A stretch of 64,000 nucleotides of DNA from the human T2T-CHM13v2.0 reference genome, Homo sapiens: assembly GCF_009914755.1 (NCBI RefSeq), contig NC_060932.1, one strand, 5' to 3'. Positions 29,419 through 55,068 of the stretch are shown here, piece after piece. Positions within the stretch are counted from its first letter, which is position 1. Each line of letters starts with the position of its first letter. A program made the translations under genes and the position numbers. The notes beneath the pieces were generated by a model. It searched no databases and was not told the origin of the DNA. It saw only the letters and a program-made list of their open reading frames with translations.

Positions 29419-30334
29419 AAATTAGAAACCAATAAAAAACGGAGCTAATGTATAAAGAAATTTATACTGACAGTTTCTCGTTCCATCAAAAAGAATAAAA
29501 CAAAAAACTAAGTATTTCATTTCAGAAAAGTATTAACCAATTCGTTTGTAAACCAATACTACCGATAAACAATATTGAAGAATATAAATTAGTAATTACT
29601 TCAGAAAAGGTCACTAGATACAAAAATACTAAAATGAATCAAAAAGATTTTCTACTAGGGAATTTTATATAATCCATACTTTGAATGGCACAGAAAACAT
29701 TTCTTACATGAAAAATAATCTTCTGACAAACATATTTAAGTAGTAACTGAATATTAAATTAGATTTTCTGCTCAGGCTGTGTTGCCTTGGAAAGGACTTC
29801 TCTGACCACTGCATCTAGGCAAACACACCCTACCCCATCAAGAGGCACCTGCTTACCTGCTTCATTACTATCTTACACTGCTTTAACACTTCCCTATTAC
29901 TCAAGTACTATGACACTTAACTACTACCTAATGTCCCTTTCTACATCTCCCTGTGGGTTGCCTATTACCCATCTATTAATGGGAATGTAAGGTCGGGAGG
30001 AAAGGAATTTTTGCCTCTTCATCAATGTGGCCCAGCCACCTAGAATAAAGCCAGGCGGGTACTCAGTCAACATCTTTTGACAGTAGTCAGGAAGCAGAAA
30101 GAATTTGGTGAAATACTACATAAGGAAAGACAACTAAATAAATGAAGGGTTTCATCAAAAACACTGAAGGGACTGGCTTATTACAAAATAAAACGTAACA
30201 TGTTTGATTTCTGGTTATTCTGTCACATATCGGTTTTTCTGGGGGGAAAAAATAAATTACATCTACTCATTTGGGAAGTGGTAACCCAAATAGTACATCT
30301 TACTCTGTTAAACACCAGGTTATCAAGAGTCTCA

Positions 30335-30625
<291 letters not shown>

Positions 30626-31346
30626 TTAGGATCTGAAGCAAAAATGCTATAAATCACCAATACTATCAGAGCTTGGAAAATACAAACTGTTGCAAACACA
30701 TCTATTATACCTCTCAATTCTATTTGGAAAGACTTAGCAGGCATTGACAAGGGGAGCATTTGGAATTTAACCAAATGTATCTGTTTGATGTATGTTATGG
30801 AAACATGGACTTTTGGCCCAGAGAGATACATTTAAAAGCTGGCTTAATCAATACATAATGACATAGCTTCTCTCCTGAGTTAAGTCTGGGTCTCCAATCT
30901 TTAAATGGGGGCTACCAGAACACATCACATTGGGCTGCGGGGAAGATTAGCCCAGATAAAGTGCAGCCAGTGCTTAGTGCAGCACTTCATAAAATCTCAG
31001 AGAAAGATTAAATGTTTAGGTATTTTTCTCCTATCAGCACCATGGTAAAGCTTAAAATAACTGATGAGCTTAAATAAAATGCCAGTGTTAATTTTCAAGG
31101 TCCCACCACCTGACCACTTTAAACTATTGAAACCATCAAAGGCTTCTTCTGAGCATCAGCTCCCGCAAATAGCACACTACCTAATCATTTACAGCCCTAA
31201 CCCTCGCACACTTCATGGCCACAGTATACTCCCTTTATTTATTCATGCTGTGACATCAGCGCCAACAACAGTTCCTGGCATATAGTGTCTATTTTTGCTA
31301 AATGGAGGCATGAAAGCATGATAAATAAAGTTTAAAAATTACTTTG

Positions 31347-31758
31347 TGTAATCTTCTAGGGATCTTCCCTGTTAATAAGTTTTCTATCATATTATAATTG
31401 ACAGGTCAATTCTGTTAATATCTTTTTGTTAATTTTGCTACACGTTTGCCTCTGAAGGAGGTGAGACTTGTGCTGCTTTTTGGGATCATGTTCTTTTTTC
31501 ATGTCTAAGACCTATTTTAATTATGTTTACAATATAATGATAATCCATTTTTGATGTTTTATGAACAAATTACATTATTAAATGAATGTTCTTAAATCAA
31601 GTGTGATTTTTGCATATTGTTGAAAAGAACATTAAAAGCAATGGTTTACACTTAAGTTACTATAGCCAAAAATTAAATACTTGAAAAGTTTACTGTGAAA
31701 TTCTACTGATTTAAGATTATACTTAATATTTAAAAAATAAATCTAATCATCAAATGCA
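31347..31758 (+). pseudogene. Putative 5'-truncated processed retrocopy of an unidentified mRNA 3'UTR
   Basis: 13-bp direct repeat aaaaattactttg at 31334-31346 and 31759-31771; AATAAA at 31736-31741, 16 nt before the terminal CA/A-run; U-rich body; resembles no repeat family I recognise. Confidence 0.65.
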
Positions 31759-31898
31759 AAAAATTACTTTGATAAAAGCTATGTATGACTAAAACATACA
31801 AATTTGATTTATTCCTTATTGTTTATTTTAAGTAATATATTTATCTTGTTATAAGAAGTTCTAGTGATTACTATATAAAATTTTAGAAAATATGGCTA

Positions 31899-32365
31899 AA
31901 TCAAAAGCACAATCCCGTTTACAACAGCCACAGAAAGAATAAAATACCTAGGAATACACTTAACCAAGAAGGTGAAAGATCTTTACAAGGAGAACTAAAA
32001 AACACTGCCGAAAGAAATCATAAAAGAATGACACAAATAAAGGGAAACACATTCCATATTCACGGATTAGAAGCATCAATATCGTTAAAATGGCCATTCT
32101 GCTCAAGGCAATCTACAGAATCAATGCTAATTCTATCAAACTACCAACATCATTTATCACAGAACTAGAAAAAACTATTCTAAAATTCATATGGAACCAA
32201 AAAAGAGCCCGTATAGCCAAAGCAATCCTAAGCAAAAAGAACAAAACTAGAAGCACCGCACTACCCAACTTCAAACAATACTATAAGGCTGCAGTAACCA
32301 AAAAGCATGGTACTGGTACAAAAACAGACACACAGACCAATGGAACAGAATAGAGCACCCAGAAA
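31899..32365 (+). mobile_element. Internal L1PA (old primate) ORF2 fragment lacking a 3'UTR
   Basis: Translates [52 protein letters not shown] (ORF2p). Confidence 0.9.
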
Positions 32366-32828
32366 ATGTGGTTTAGGAAAAAAGAAAATAAGTATCGCCC
32401 ATAATTATACCATAAAGAGATAAGTCACTGGCATGTGTCTTTTACTGGTGTGTACACTTTTACACCTGTTTGGTAACCTGCTGTTTTTATGTAACACGTG
32501 GTAGACAGGTTTCCATGTCTACAATCCACTGATTCCTGAGTGCTAGGTACAAATTCCTTCATTTATGCTCCCTTTGTTCAGACAAATGCAGTGGTAATCC
32601 TGATAAATAACGATAAATAACGTCTTCAGCACTGATGATCTCAGAGTCTCCGCATGTGTAAAGAAGTCATGGAACTAGGAAATGGCAGAGCCAGGACTTG
32701 GAGCAAGGTCTTTATACCAAGTCCACCGTTGAGGACAAACCAACACCTCATCTATGTTGCAGGACAGCCTCAGCCATGTTTCCTCACATAGGCAAACCCC
32801 TGAACTGGAAACAGATTTTAACCTGTCA

Positions 32829-32987
<159 letters not shown>

Positions 32988-33289
32988 CTATAAGCACCAG
33001 AACCAAAGAAGAAGATGAGCATTCTCATTGAAGGAAACTAGTCGTGCATGAGCTATGAGGCTGCCAGGATCCCCTGAACCATGAGGGCGAAGTGGTGGGA
33101 ACTGATGCTCGCAGAGGCTCAGTCGCCGTACTTTACCGTCTAGGGCAAACACTGCATCCAAAATAAAATCACTACACAACAAGCAGTGGAAAGGCTTTAA
33201 ACATTCCCTATAATCAGAATATTTATAAAATCGGAAAATTTGATTTAGAAGTATTTAAAAACCGGCTGGAGAGCTGCATCTCTGGAAAG

Positions 33290-34450
<1,161 letters not shown>

Positions 34451-34629
34451 CTTTGCCTCTGGCTAACTGAACTAGAGAGGAGCTGCCTCGGAGGCTTCAA
34501 CACCTGGTGCAGACCAGCCTCCCTCGGGACTGTGGCAACCTGACCAGGGACAGGTGACCGCAACACTCCTAACCCGTATGATTCCAAATGCCTGTTTAGT
34601 ACCCCACCAGGAGACACCAGCCTTAACCT

Positions 34630-35200
34630 CCAAATCACGACAGGTTCTAAGGAAAGCTTCAAATATGAACAACACAAGCCAAAGTAAGCAACAAGGAAAG
34701 AGCAACTGTTAAAAGCAGATCATGCAGGAAAAAATTTCAAAACATGATCATTTATCAGAAAGAGAAGAGTAGGAACTGAAGAAATGTTCAGAGCATGAAA
34801 AAAAGCTCATGGAAACTGAAACGTGTCATAACTTAAAAGCACAGGTTGAAAGATAAGGTTGAAGGGATTTCCCAGAAAAGAGGAAAAGGAAAAAATATGA
34901 CACCTCAGAAGGACACTCACGCAGGTGAGATATCTAAGCACTAGGACTCCAAAAAGAGAAAACAGCAAACTGAGATGAAGAACTCAACAAAATCACCTGT
35001 GATGATGCTCCAGAACTGGAAGGTGAGAGTCAGCGGCCTGGAAGCTCCCGCCATATGCCCAGAAAAACAGACTGAAACGGATCTACGCCCAAGGACACTT
35101 GTGCGCAATGTCAGAACACTGGTTTAAAAGAGAAGATCCCGAGAGCATCCACAGAGAAAAGACCCACGTTCTCACAAAGCATCCCCAAGGAGGATGGCAC
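34630..35200 (+). mobile_element. Ancient L1M/HAL1-like ORF1 remnant
   Basis: A-rich ORF1-like text (gaagataaggttgaagggatttcccagaaa, tcagaacactgg...aagagaagatcc). Confidence 0.5.
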
Positions 35201-36432
35201 CAGGCCTGGCGCCCGCAGCCCTGCAAAGCAGGGAGTCCAGGGGCCCCACGTATGGAGCTCCACAGCAGCACTCCCGCCAGACCACCAAGCCATCAGATCC
35301 CAGAGAAAGCTCCCTGCTGCTGACCCCATTCTCAGCACCCAGGTGGCTCCACCTGAACAACCGCCACCAGCACTCCTTCAACTCACAGCACATGCCAAAA
35401 GGTGGGCCACACTGACCTCTCCAGGTTCCATTTAGAGAACTGTGTGTGGGCCACAGGTTTGTGACTGAAAAGTATGAGAGAGTGGTGGAGTAAAGCAAGT
35501 TTTGTTGCCTGTGTTTCAGTTCCTACGATTAGATAAGAAGGCAGGGAGCTTTGCTTCTAAGTTCTTCTAAGTTTACTTCCACAGAGCTGAGCTTCCCTGC
35601 TGGCGCTCCCCCAGGGTTCTGTCATGGGCCCTTTCCTCTCTGCACATGTCCTTCCTCTGGGCCCTTGTTCCCTCCCAGAGCCTCACTTCTTTCTCACAAA
35701 AAGCTGCTTCCAGCCTCTCGGCACCCGTCTAGTTCTGGTCATCTGTTAGCCAAGACCAGGTCCTGGTGCCTGCCTCCAGTCCCCATCACTCCACTTCTGC
35801 CCCACACAAACCTCAGAGAAGGGCATTCAGTCCCCGTGCCTTCCTCTGCTCGGTGCGTTACAAGGCTGCTTCCTAAAGCTGAAGTTCGACATACACCCCC
35901 ACACCCACAAGACTGTCCTCACAGCACCCTTTGCCGTTACTCTAGCATGCCCCGAAGCGTCCCTTCACCTGGACTGCAGAATCGATCTGAGCCTACCCAC
36001 CCTGACACTTCTCCATCCCTGTCCTTTTCATCCTTTCCCTTCCTGCACCCCCAGCTCCAAGGCTCCTCTCAAATGCTCTTCCTCCACCCAGTCTTTTTGG
36101 ACGCTCTCCTCATTCTCCACCTGTATTAAGCCCTCTAGCCCTAGACCATGCTTGCTAATTCCACCTCTTGTTACAATCACCCCTTTATAAATGCCTCACC
36201 CACTCTTACTGCTCCAGAAGATCACTCAACAATGGATCGAGTATAACTTACTGAAGGATTCTTCTGGAACTCCCAGAAAACAATTTCTTCAGCATGGTGA
36301 GTGCCTAGGCAACATTAACTGAATTTTAAAGGGCTTGATTACGAATGAGAAGGAAACATGGATACAGTCAGAAATGTCCCCAGACCTGAGCTCTGCAGTA
36401 ATTTAGTGGGGAAGCTATTTTAAGCACACTCA

Positions 36433-36660
<228 letters not shown>

Positions 36661-36926
36661 TCAGAGAGGTCAGGCACTCAGCATCACCCAGCTCTGTGCA
36701 CGGGGCAGGACCACCTGCCAGGACACACCTGGTGGCACCCTAGGCCTCCGTGCTCAACTCCAACCCTGGGCAGAGGCTCTGTCAGGTCCCAGGGTATGCC
36801 CCAAGGAAAACCAGGTACGTGCGCCTCAGTGCCCCTGGACCGCAGTGTCCCCATTTGTAAAGTAAGAAACACGCCACTTGCTCCCACCACAGGAATAACA
36901 CTTTGTTATCTACTGAAAGGTGCTAA

Positions 36927-37240
<314 letters not shown>

Positions 37241-37632
37241 CCCTGACTTCTAATATTAGTGTCACAGAATTTCAATTGTGATTATTCATATTAGTCCCAC
37301 TTCCAGAACCAACAAAATGTGCAAAAAAATTACACAAAGGAGAAACGTTAAAGAGTTTATATAAAAGGATTAAGATATGTTACTCTACAATTTGTACTTT
37401 GCTCATCAAAGGAAGCAGTTAAACCATCTGAGAAAGAACAGTTTAATAACTATAAATCTAGTAAATGAATTTGGTTTACCTCTACTCTGCTTTGGTGATA
37501 AGATGTCTTAAATTTGCTACACTATGTTTTTCTGTACCAAACCAAAACCAAAACATACATATACTGAAACTTTCCCTGATCTTTCTGGTCAGAAATAATC
37601 CATTTCTTTTTTAGAAAAATTGTAGCAAAACA

Positions 37633-38440
<808 letters not shown>

Positions 38441-38473
38441 CCTCTTTTGAATGACATCTTCCTTGGGTTCTTA

Positions 38474-38836
<363 letters not shown>

Positions 38837-39442
38837 TTAGGAACACTGATATATTTCTATTTAAAATCTAATGGTACCATCAGCATATTTGTACCATAAC
38901 TTCATATGCAGCTGAAGAAGAACCTTCTCTAATTTAAAAGTTTTAACTGATTTGCCAACTAGAAAAACTAGTTAACTATCGAGTGAGAAAACCCAGCTTT
39001 CTTAATGTTTGCATAAAAAGGTTTGATATCATGCTCAGCACCACAACCCAAATGCAATGAGTCAAGCGACCCAGCTTGTCCACATACACACGTGCCACTG
39101 GGACAGATCCTGAGCTTGTGAGTGGGACAGGAGGGGCCCTACCCCAGGAGCTCCCTGCAACCTGCCCATCATCCCACTGTTTAGGCTGCTGCGAGACAGG
39201 ACAAGCTCAGCATCCACTGTGGATTGGGAGGAATGAGGGGAGGGAAAGCAATGGCGATCCTGACAAGGGAAATCTAGTGGAGGCCAAGAGGGTGAGGCCA
39301 GTGGACCTCCAGGTGGCTGAAGCAGAGGCACGAGCCTTCCCTTTCCTTTTCAGAAAGGAATGTGTATTCTGAGAAGGCAAAGAGCCAGTCAAAGCTATTA
39401 AAAATGTTCATGAACAGGAAAAGCCTATAATATTCACTACTA

Positions 39443-39802
<360 letters not shown>

Positions 39803-40105
39803 TCAACTATATCAAAAATATAGTCTGAGTTATGAAACATATCCACTGAAGGAAGAGAATATTACAAAAAATGTAGCATATTTTTTATGCCACAGAGGGG
39901 AGGGGAGAAACTGGGTGATTTTATTCTCTTATCTCTATTCTCTGGGAAGTTTTCAACGATGAGTACATAATATTAACTATTTGAAACAAAAAAAAAAAAT
40001 TTAAGAAATTACACAAAATCCTTCACTGCCTTGCCAAAACAATCCATTATAAAAATTACTGCCATAAAATACTCAAAACATATATTAATTAAATACCAAA
40101 TTAGG

Positions 40106-40464
<359 letters not shown>

Positions 40465-40586
40465 TTATGAATGCATATGAAATCCAAATACAATTTTAAG
40501 AAGCTCAATGAATTTAAAATTATAGCAGAATGGAAAAATAAGTAATATACAGAAACATATAAAAAGTATATGGCTTCTTATATTGA

Positions 40587-40885
40587 GGCTGGGTGCAGTG
40601 CTCACACTTAAAATCCCGGCACTTTGGCAAACCAAGTCAGGAGGATTGAGGCCAGGCATTGAAGCCTAACTTGGGTAACATAGCAAGACCCTATCTTTAC
40701 AAAAAATAAAAAATCAGCCAAGCCTGTTGGCGTTATGCCTGTAGTCCCAGCTACTCAGGAGGCTGAGGGAGGAGGATCATACGAACCCAGGAGTCAGAGG
40801 CTACAGTGAGCTACAGTTACACTACTGCACTCCAGCCTGGGTGCCAGAGCAAGACCTCATCTCTAAAAAACATAATAATAATAAA
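40587..40885 (+). mobile_element. AluJ-like
   Basis: Diverged Alu motifs. Confidence 0.85.
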
Positions 40886-41399
40886 AAGTTTACCCCTCTT
40901 CTTATATAATCAGTATTTGGTAAGAAACACATATAACTGACTTACTCAGGACAGGCATTTTAGAGGGTAACAATCATCATTCACACTTTCATATATAACT
41001 AATATTACAGTTTCCTCTCATTTCTAAAGTTTCAAACACTTTATTTTCAACATTAATACTTACAGCATGATCTCAACTATGTGTGTTAAATGGGAAACAG
41101 AAGAATTGTCATTACAGACTTTCTTTTCATTTTGAAACACTTTAACTCACTGCCCTACCATACAGCATTTGGTCCATATGACTTTTTCAAGAGTGTTATT
41201 TTTAAGTTGTCAGGATTGTAAAGCCTTACTCTTCATAATGTGCTTTAAAATACTCTTTTACTAAATATTGTGAAATGCAGAAAGCAGAGAAAATGCTAAT
41301 ACTGCAAATACATTTCTAAAACTCCTGAAAAATACTCTATGCTACCTTTGAAAGCAATACCCTTAACATTTAATTGTCCCAGCCCAGTTATTCACGTAC

Positions 41400-41498
41400 T
41401 GAAGTCCAGGGTTCTCATCGATCAATCCTTGAATCAGCACATCTTTTGCCAACTTAAATATTTCCTGGGAGTCATTATCTGTCTCACTTTCTGGATCT
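41400..41498 (-). CDS. PRKDC: DNA-PKcs exon (~56): [32 protein letters not shown](Q)
   Basis: 99 nt; acceptor aagcag|A, donor TCA|gtacgt. Confidence 0.94.
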
Positions 41499-42029
41499 CT
41501 GCTTGAGAAAACAGCAAAATGTCACAACATTAATGCTCTCTTCTGGCCCTTTTGTTCAACTACAGTAACACCATCTAGAATTCAATTTTAAAAGGCTTGT
41601 TTTCCCATTAGACTTTAGATCTCCAAATCACAGCTTGCCCCACTCATGGGTGTGTGCACAAGCCTTGAGAACCCATCCTTGCTCCCAGCAGGAGCTGAGT
41701 GGAACAGGAGGATGGGCCCACAGGAGGCCCAGCGGTCCTGTGACGCTCAGCTGTGGTGGTGTGGTAGTGCCCGGTGGTCCTGGCAGAGTTCATCTCCTTA
41801 GTCTTTGCAAGATCTTAAAAGGACAACTATGAAAATAGGTTTTATAAGCACAACACCACACTTTTTCACTCTGATTTTTTCACACACATATGTGAAATGA
41901 GTTTTTAAAAGGATACAATTAGATATACCAAAATACATGTTTTAATTATTAATCATATGGTAAAAAAAAATGTGTTATTATGTTCCAGATTGCTAAGGGG
42001 ACCCAAATGATCCCTAAAATGTTAATGTT

Positions 42030-42250
42030 GCCCAGGCAACAAGGTGAAACCCCGTCTCCACAAAAAATAAACAAAATTAGCCAGGTATGGTGGTGCACAC
42101 CCATAGACCCAGCTACGCAAAAGGCTGAGATGGAAGGATCAACTGAGCCCAGGAGGAGGTTGAGACTGCAGTGACCTGTGTTTGTGCCCCTGTACTCCAG
42201 CCTCGTCGACAGAGCAAGACCTTATCTCAAAAAAGTAACAAAATAAAATA
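42030..42250 (+). mobile_element. 5'-truncated AluJ-like element ending ~20 bp from the exon ~55 donor
   Basis: Alu right-arm motifs. Confidence 0.8.
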
Positions 42251-42266
42251 GTCAATGTATAGCTTA

Positions 42267-42455
<189 letters not shown>

Positions 42456-43116
42456 TTAAAAACACACAAATTTAGCTATTTTTATTATTGCACTTTCAAA
42501 GTATGACAGGCAACTTTTTCTTCTTTGTTTCAAAATTAGTTATAATAGATAACGCTACACTTATATAAAACTTATATTCTTAAAATGATCATGGACTAGA
42601 TTATCAAATATAAGACAAATTACTTCATGTGCTACCCTACACTGGATCCTGAAATAGAAAAAGGATATTAGAAGGAAATTGGTGAAATGGAAGTAAAGTC
42701 TAGTTTGGTAAATAGTAATGTTCTAATGTTAATTTCTTACTTTTGACAAATGTACCAAGATTATGTAAGGGGGAAAGTTGGGTAAAGGGTGTATATGGAA
42801 ATTATGTGTACTATCTTTCAACTTTTCTGTAAATGCAAAATTACTTCAATATAAAAAGTTTATTTTTAGAAAAACCTAATAATGGCAAAGTATTTTTTAA
42901 AAGGACTTCAAGAGCTACCTGGCATGGTGTATAGTGAAGTACAATCTGAGCTCTAAATGAGGCAAATATCTATTTCCTTATTTTGACTCCTTATAGCACC
43001 CAGCTGAATGCTTCATACAGTAGATACTCAGTGAATGTAAGGATATTAGGACAGTGACATACATTTTTTGTTACTGACACAATGCATGTTTATTGCTGTG
43101 TAAAAATATTTACATA

Positions 43117-50922
<7,806 letters not shown>

Positions 50923-51408
50923 GGTATATGGACTAATAGACTAAGACTGGAAAAGAGTACAGGGACAGGGAAATAATATAATGTAAGTGATCAGCAGCTT
51001 TCTCTTTTAACATATACTTTTATGTTATGTTGCAATTTTGAAAATAAATGAACAATTTAAACACATTAACAGAAGCTCTCACCTGGCAAAATAGGTACAG
51101 AACTCAAAAGCATACATTTTAAATCTGAAGAGAGCCAAGGTAACCCCATAGGCCACCTCCTTCATTTATGGATGAAAAACACGCCCTGGGATGTGGCTCC
51201 CCAAGATGCCAGGCCAAGGGAGCAGAGAGCAGGCCCACCTCAGCAGATATCCTATTCTTATGGTGCCTTCACCTTTTCTTCAGAGATTCCAACTTCACAA
51301 ATGTGTATATCATGGAAACCCACAGGTTCTTCTTGAGTTGGAGACGTCTTAATAAATTAACGCTTTATGAGCCAGTGGGACCCAAGAGCAGGGCTAGTGT
51401 TCACTCAC

Positions 51409-51558
51409 CTATGTCTCATGACTTGAACGAAGTCCTTGCTCTTTAACTGGAAGTACAGCTCTGTCATTCCCTCCACACGACAAAGTACCACCTCCAGACA
51501 GAGTGTTTTCAACACTCCATGAAATTTTGGCAGCAGAAAGAACACAGCATTCATGAAC
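51409..51558 (-). CDS. PRKDC: DNA-PKcs exon (~54): [22 protein letters not shown]...DFVQVMRH(R)
   Basis: 150 nt; acceptor cgccag|G, donor TAG|gtgagt (phase 2). Confidence 0.96.
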   Translation of the reverse strand, partial: VHECCVLSAAKISWSVENTLSGGGTLSCGGNDRAVLPVKEQGLRSSHET

Positions 51559-51633
51559 CTGGCGGGGAAGGGAACTGGTGAGAGGAGGGCCGAGGACCCT
51601 CCTGCCCCGAAAGGATCCCTGGACAGCCCATAC

Positions 51634-51758
51634 CTGTCTGCAAGAGGAGGGAAGCTCTTGGTCACTTTGTTCAAGCACACAATAAACTTGTCCTCCATAG
51701 TATTCTGATGTTGCTTCAATTGTTTCGCAACCAGTTCACACAGAGACTCCTCCAGTAT
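51634..51758 (-). CDS. PRKDC: DNA-PKcs exon (~53): [25 protein letters not shown]...SFPPLAD(R)
   Basis: 125 nt; acceptor tttcag|ATA, donor CAG|gtatgg. Confidence 0.96.
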
Positions 51759-52558
51759 CTGAAAAATTAAGTTTATTTTCAAATACACAAAAGTGGAAAT
51801 GTAGGTTAAGCATTGAAAGCAAAGTTTATCTTGAGTATTTAAGTGAGCCCAACAAAGGTGCTCAATGTTGTCACCTACAAGGTAGATGATGGGACAGTAG
51901 GTGCTGGGGATGTCTGCTGGTCTACACTGACCATCGCACACCCTTAGGCTCTGGATCCTTGAGTTCCTACACCTCGGTGAGCCAGTCCACATCACTGTGC
52001 TCTGTGCTGAGCACCCAGGTGTCTGGCTCGTGTAGATGTCAGATCAATGAAGATCAGTGTTTCCTACTGACACCAAAACACTTGGTAGGACCAGTAAGTC
52101 CTTTGAGAAGCTAAGCTAAATGGCTAAATATTGTTTGAGACATATTTTATGGTGTTCAGATTTCTGATAAAAAATATTCACATGGACTAGAATTTTCAAG
52201 CAATTCTATTCACACAGCAGTCCCCATCACTGTACTGTCTGCTCATGTCCTGCCTCTTTTCACCAAGTGTTGCTACCTGTTATATATTCATCTGTGTACC
52301 ATCTGTCTCCCCTCCCCAAATGCCAGCTCCCCAAGGGCAGGGACATGACCTGTCCTGTTCCCTACTGCATCCCTAGAACCAGGAAGTCCTCAAATGTCCT
52401 CCACACAGAGAAGTACTCAGTAGAGTCCACTGGCAGGAAGCAACGGAAAACACTGCTGTCCTTCCTGGCTCACCTCCTTCCTCACAAACATCAGAAAGAG
52501 GGGTAGGCAACGTTTCAAAGGCACACAGACCGAACAGTTTTTCAATGCAAACTCAACA

Positions 52559-52775
52559 CAGACTGAGCGCCTCAAATCTGAAAATCCAGAATCCTCCAAA
52601 ATGCAAAACGTTTTGAGCCTCAGCATGACACTCAACAAAACGTTCACTGGAGCATTTGAATTTTGAATTTTTGAATTAGGGATGCTCAAACAGAAACTAT
52701 CATGAAAATATTGCAAAACCAGAAAATGGAAACACTCCTGGTCCCAAGCATTTTGGAATAGAGATACCGAATCTG
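52559..52775 (+). mobile_element. Tigger4a/MER46A-like MITE
   Basis: gagcatttgaattttga...ttagggatgctcaa...aaacactcctggtcccaagcatttt...ctgta. Confidence 0.75.
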
Positions 52776-52984
52776 TAGTATGAGGCTATTTTTAAATTAT
52801 CTTAAGGAAAACCCTTAACACAAAACCACAAATTTCAACGGCCTGAACCCCATATAGAATACACATAGTATTACCCTACCAATTAATCAGATGTCTTTTT
52901 ATTAAAAGTATTTAATACGACAACACAATGAAATGATCACAATCTAGCAAGTAAAGAAAGCAAGTTATAAAACAGTATGAATAA

Positions 52985-53410
<426 letters not shown>

Positions 53411-53854
53411 TAAATCCGTATCACTTTTATATTCAGAAAAAAATACGTAAAACAGAAGTGTTTTTTATTCTTAAGTTGAAATTTAAGTCATGAGAGATTA
53501 AACCTGGGGATCTGCTGTAACCTGCTCCATTTATGGTGGAAATGAAACATATTATGTAGATTTAAACCTCATATTTAGGGATGTTAGAATCATCTTGTAA
53601 AAAAGTTCTACTGAATTTTAAAAATCTGTTTATTTACAAAAATAGCTGATAATCCCTAAAATGAATTACAAGTAATATTTGATCTTCCCAAAGGGGTCAT
53701 CTTAATTTTATTTTAAATCCAAACAAATCCATACTTGGTGACATGGACAAGGGTCCAATCACAGCACTGGGCCCACTGGTGCCTGCTCAGGACCACCTGG
53801 CTTCTCCTGAGCCTCTCCTCATCCAGCCCAACAGTGACTATGGCCTGGACTCTA

Positions 53855-54400
<546 letters not shown>

Positions 54401-54903
54401 TTACTTCTTCATTCAGTCCTCTTATCTGAACAGCGCACTGCACTTAAACGTTCAGTTAGGCTCATCTCACAGTCCTGTCCAGTGGGCAAGGCAGCAGTAC
54501 TGAGAGGGTCGCCTGGGAGATCCCTGCCCCTGTTCAACAGCTACACCAAAAACTGCAAGGGGAGGAATGGACTGGGGGAGGACAGCAGCTATCTACCAGG
54601 ACAATTTCCTCCACAAGGAAATCCTGAGACCAAGTTCATAGTAATAAAAGCTGGTTAAATACTCTCATCCTGATTTTACATTACCAAGTCGGTTGCTGAT
54701 CTCTCCACGTTCACCAAGTTTCCAAGGTGTTTAAAAATCATGTGCCCTCTCTAAAAAACTGAGTATTATATTTGCTATATTATAGTAAGAAACAGTAAAA
54801 TTTTAATAAATGCAGATGCCCATTTTGTTTCTAATACCATACAAGAAATAAACATATAAGTATCAAGGGTCATAACAAATCAAAACAGAGTAAGAGGTAT
54901 TTA

Positions 54904-55068
<165 letters not shown>

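Noticed and set aside
35551-36129. 192-aa + strand ORF
   Set aside because: Starts at TTG, has low-complexity C/T-rich composition and is likely old repeat sequence; no recognisable homology
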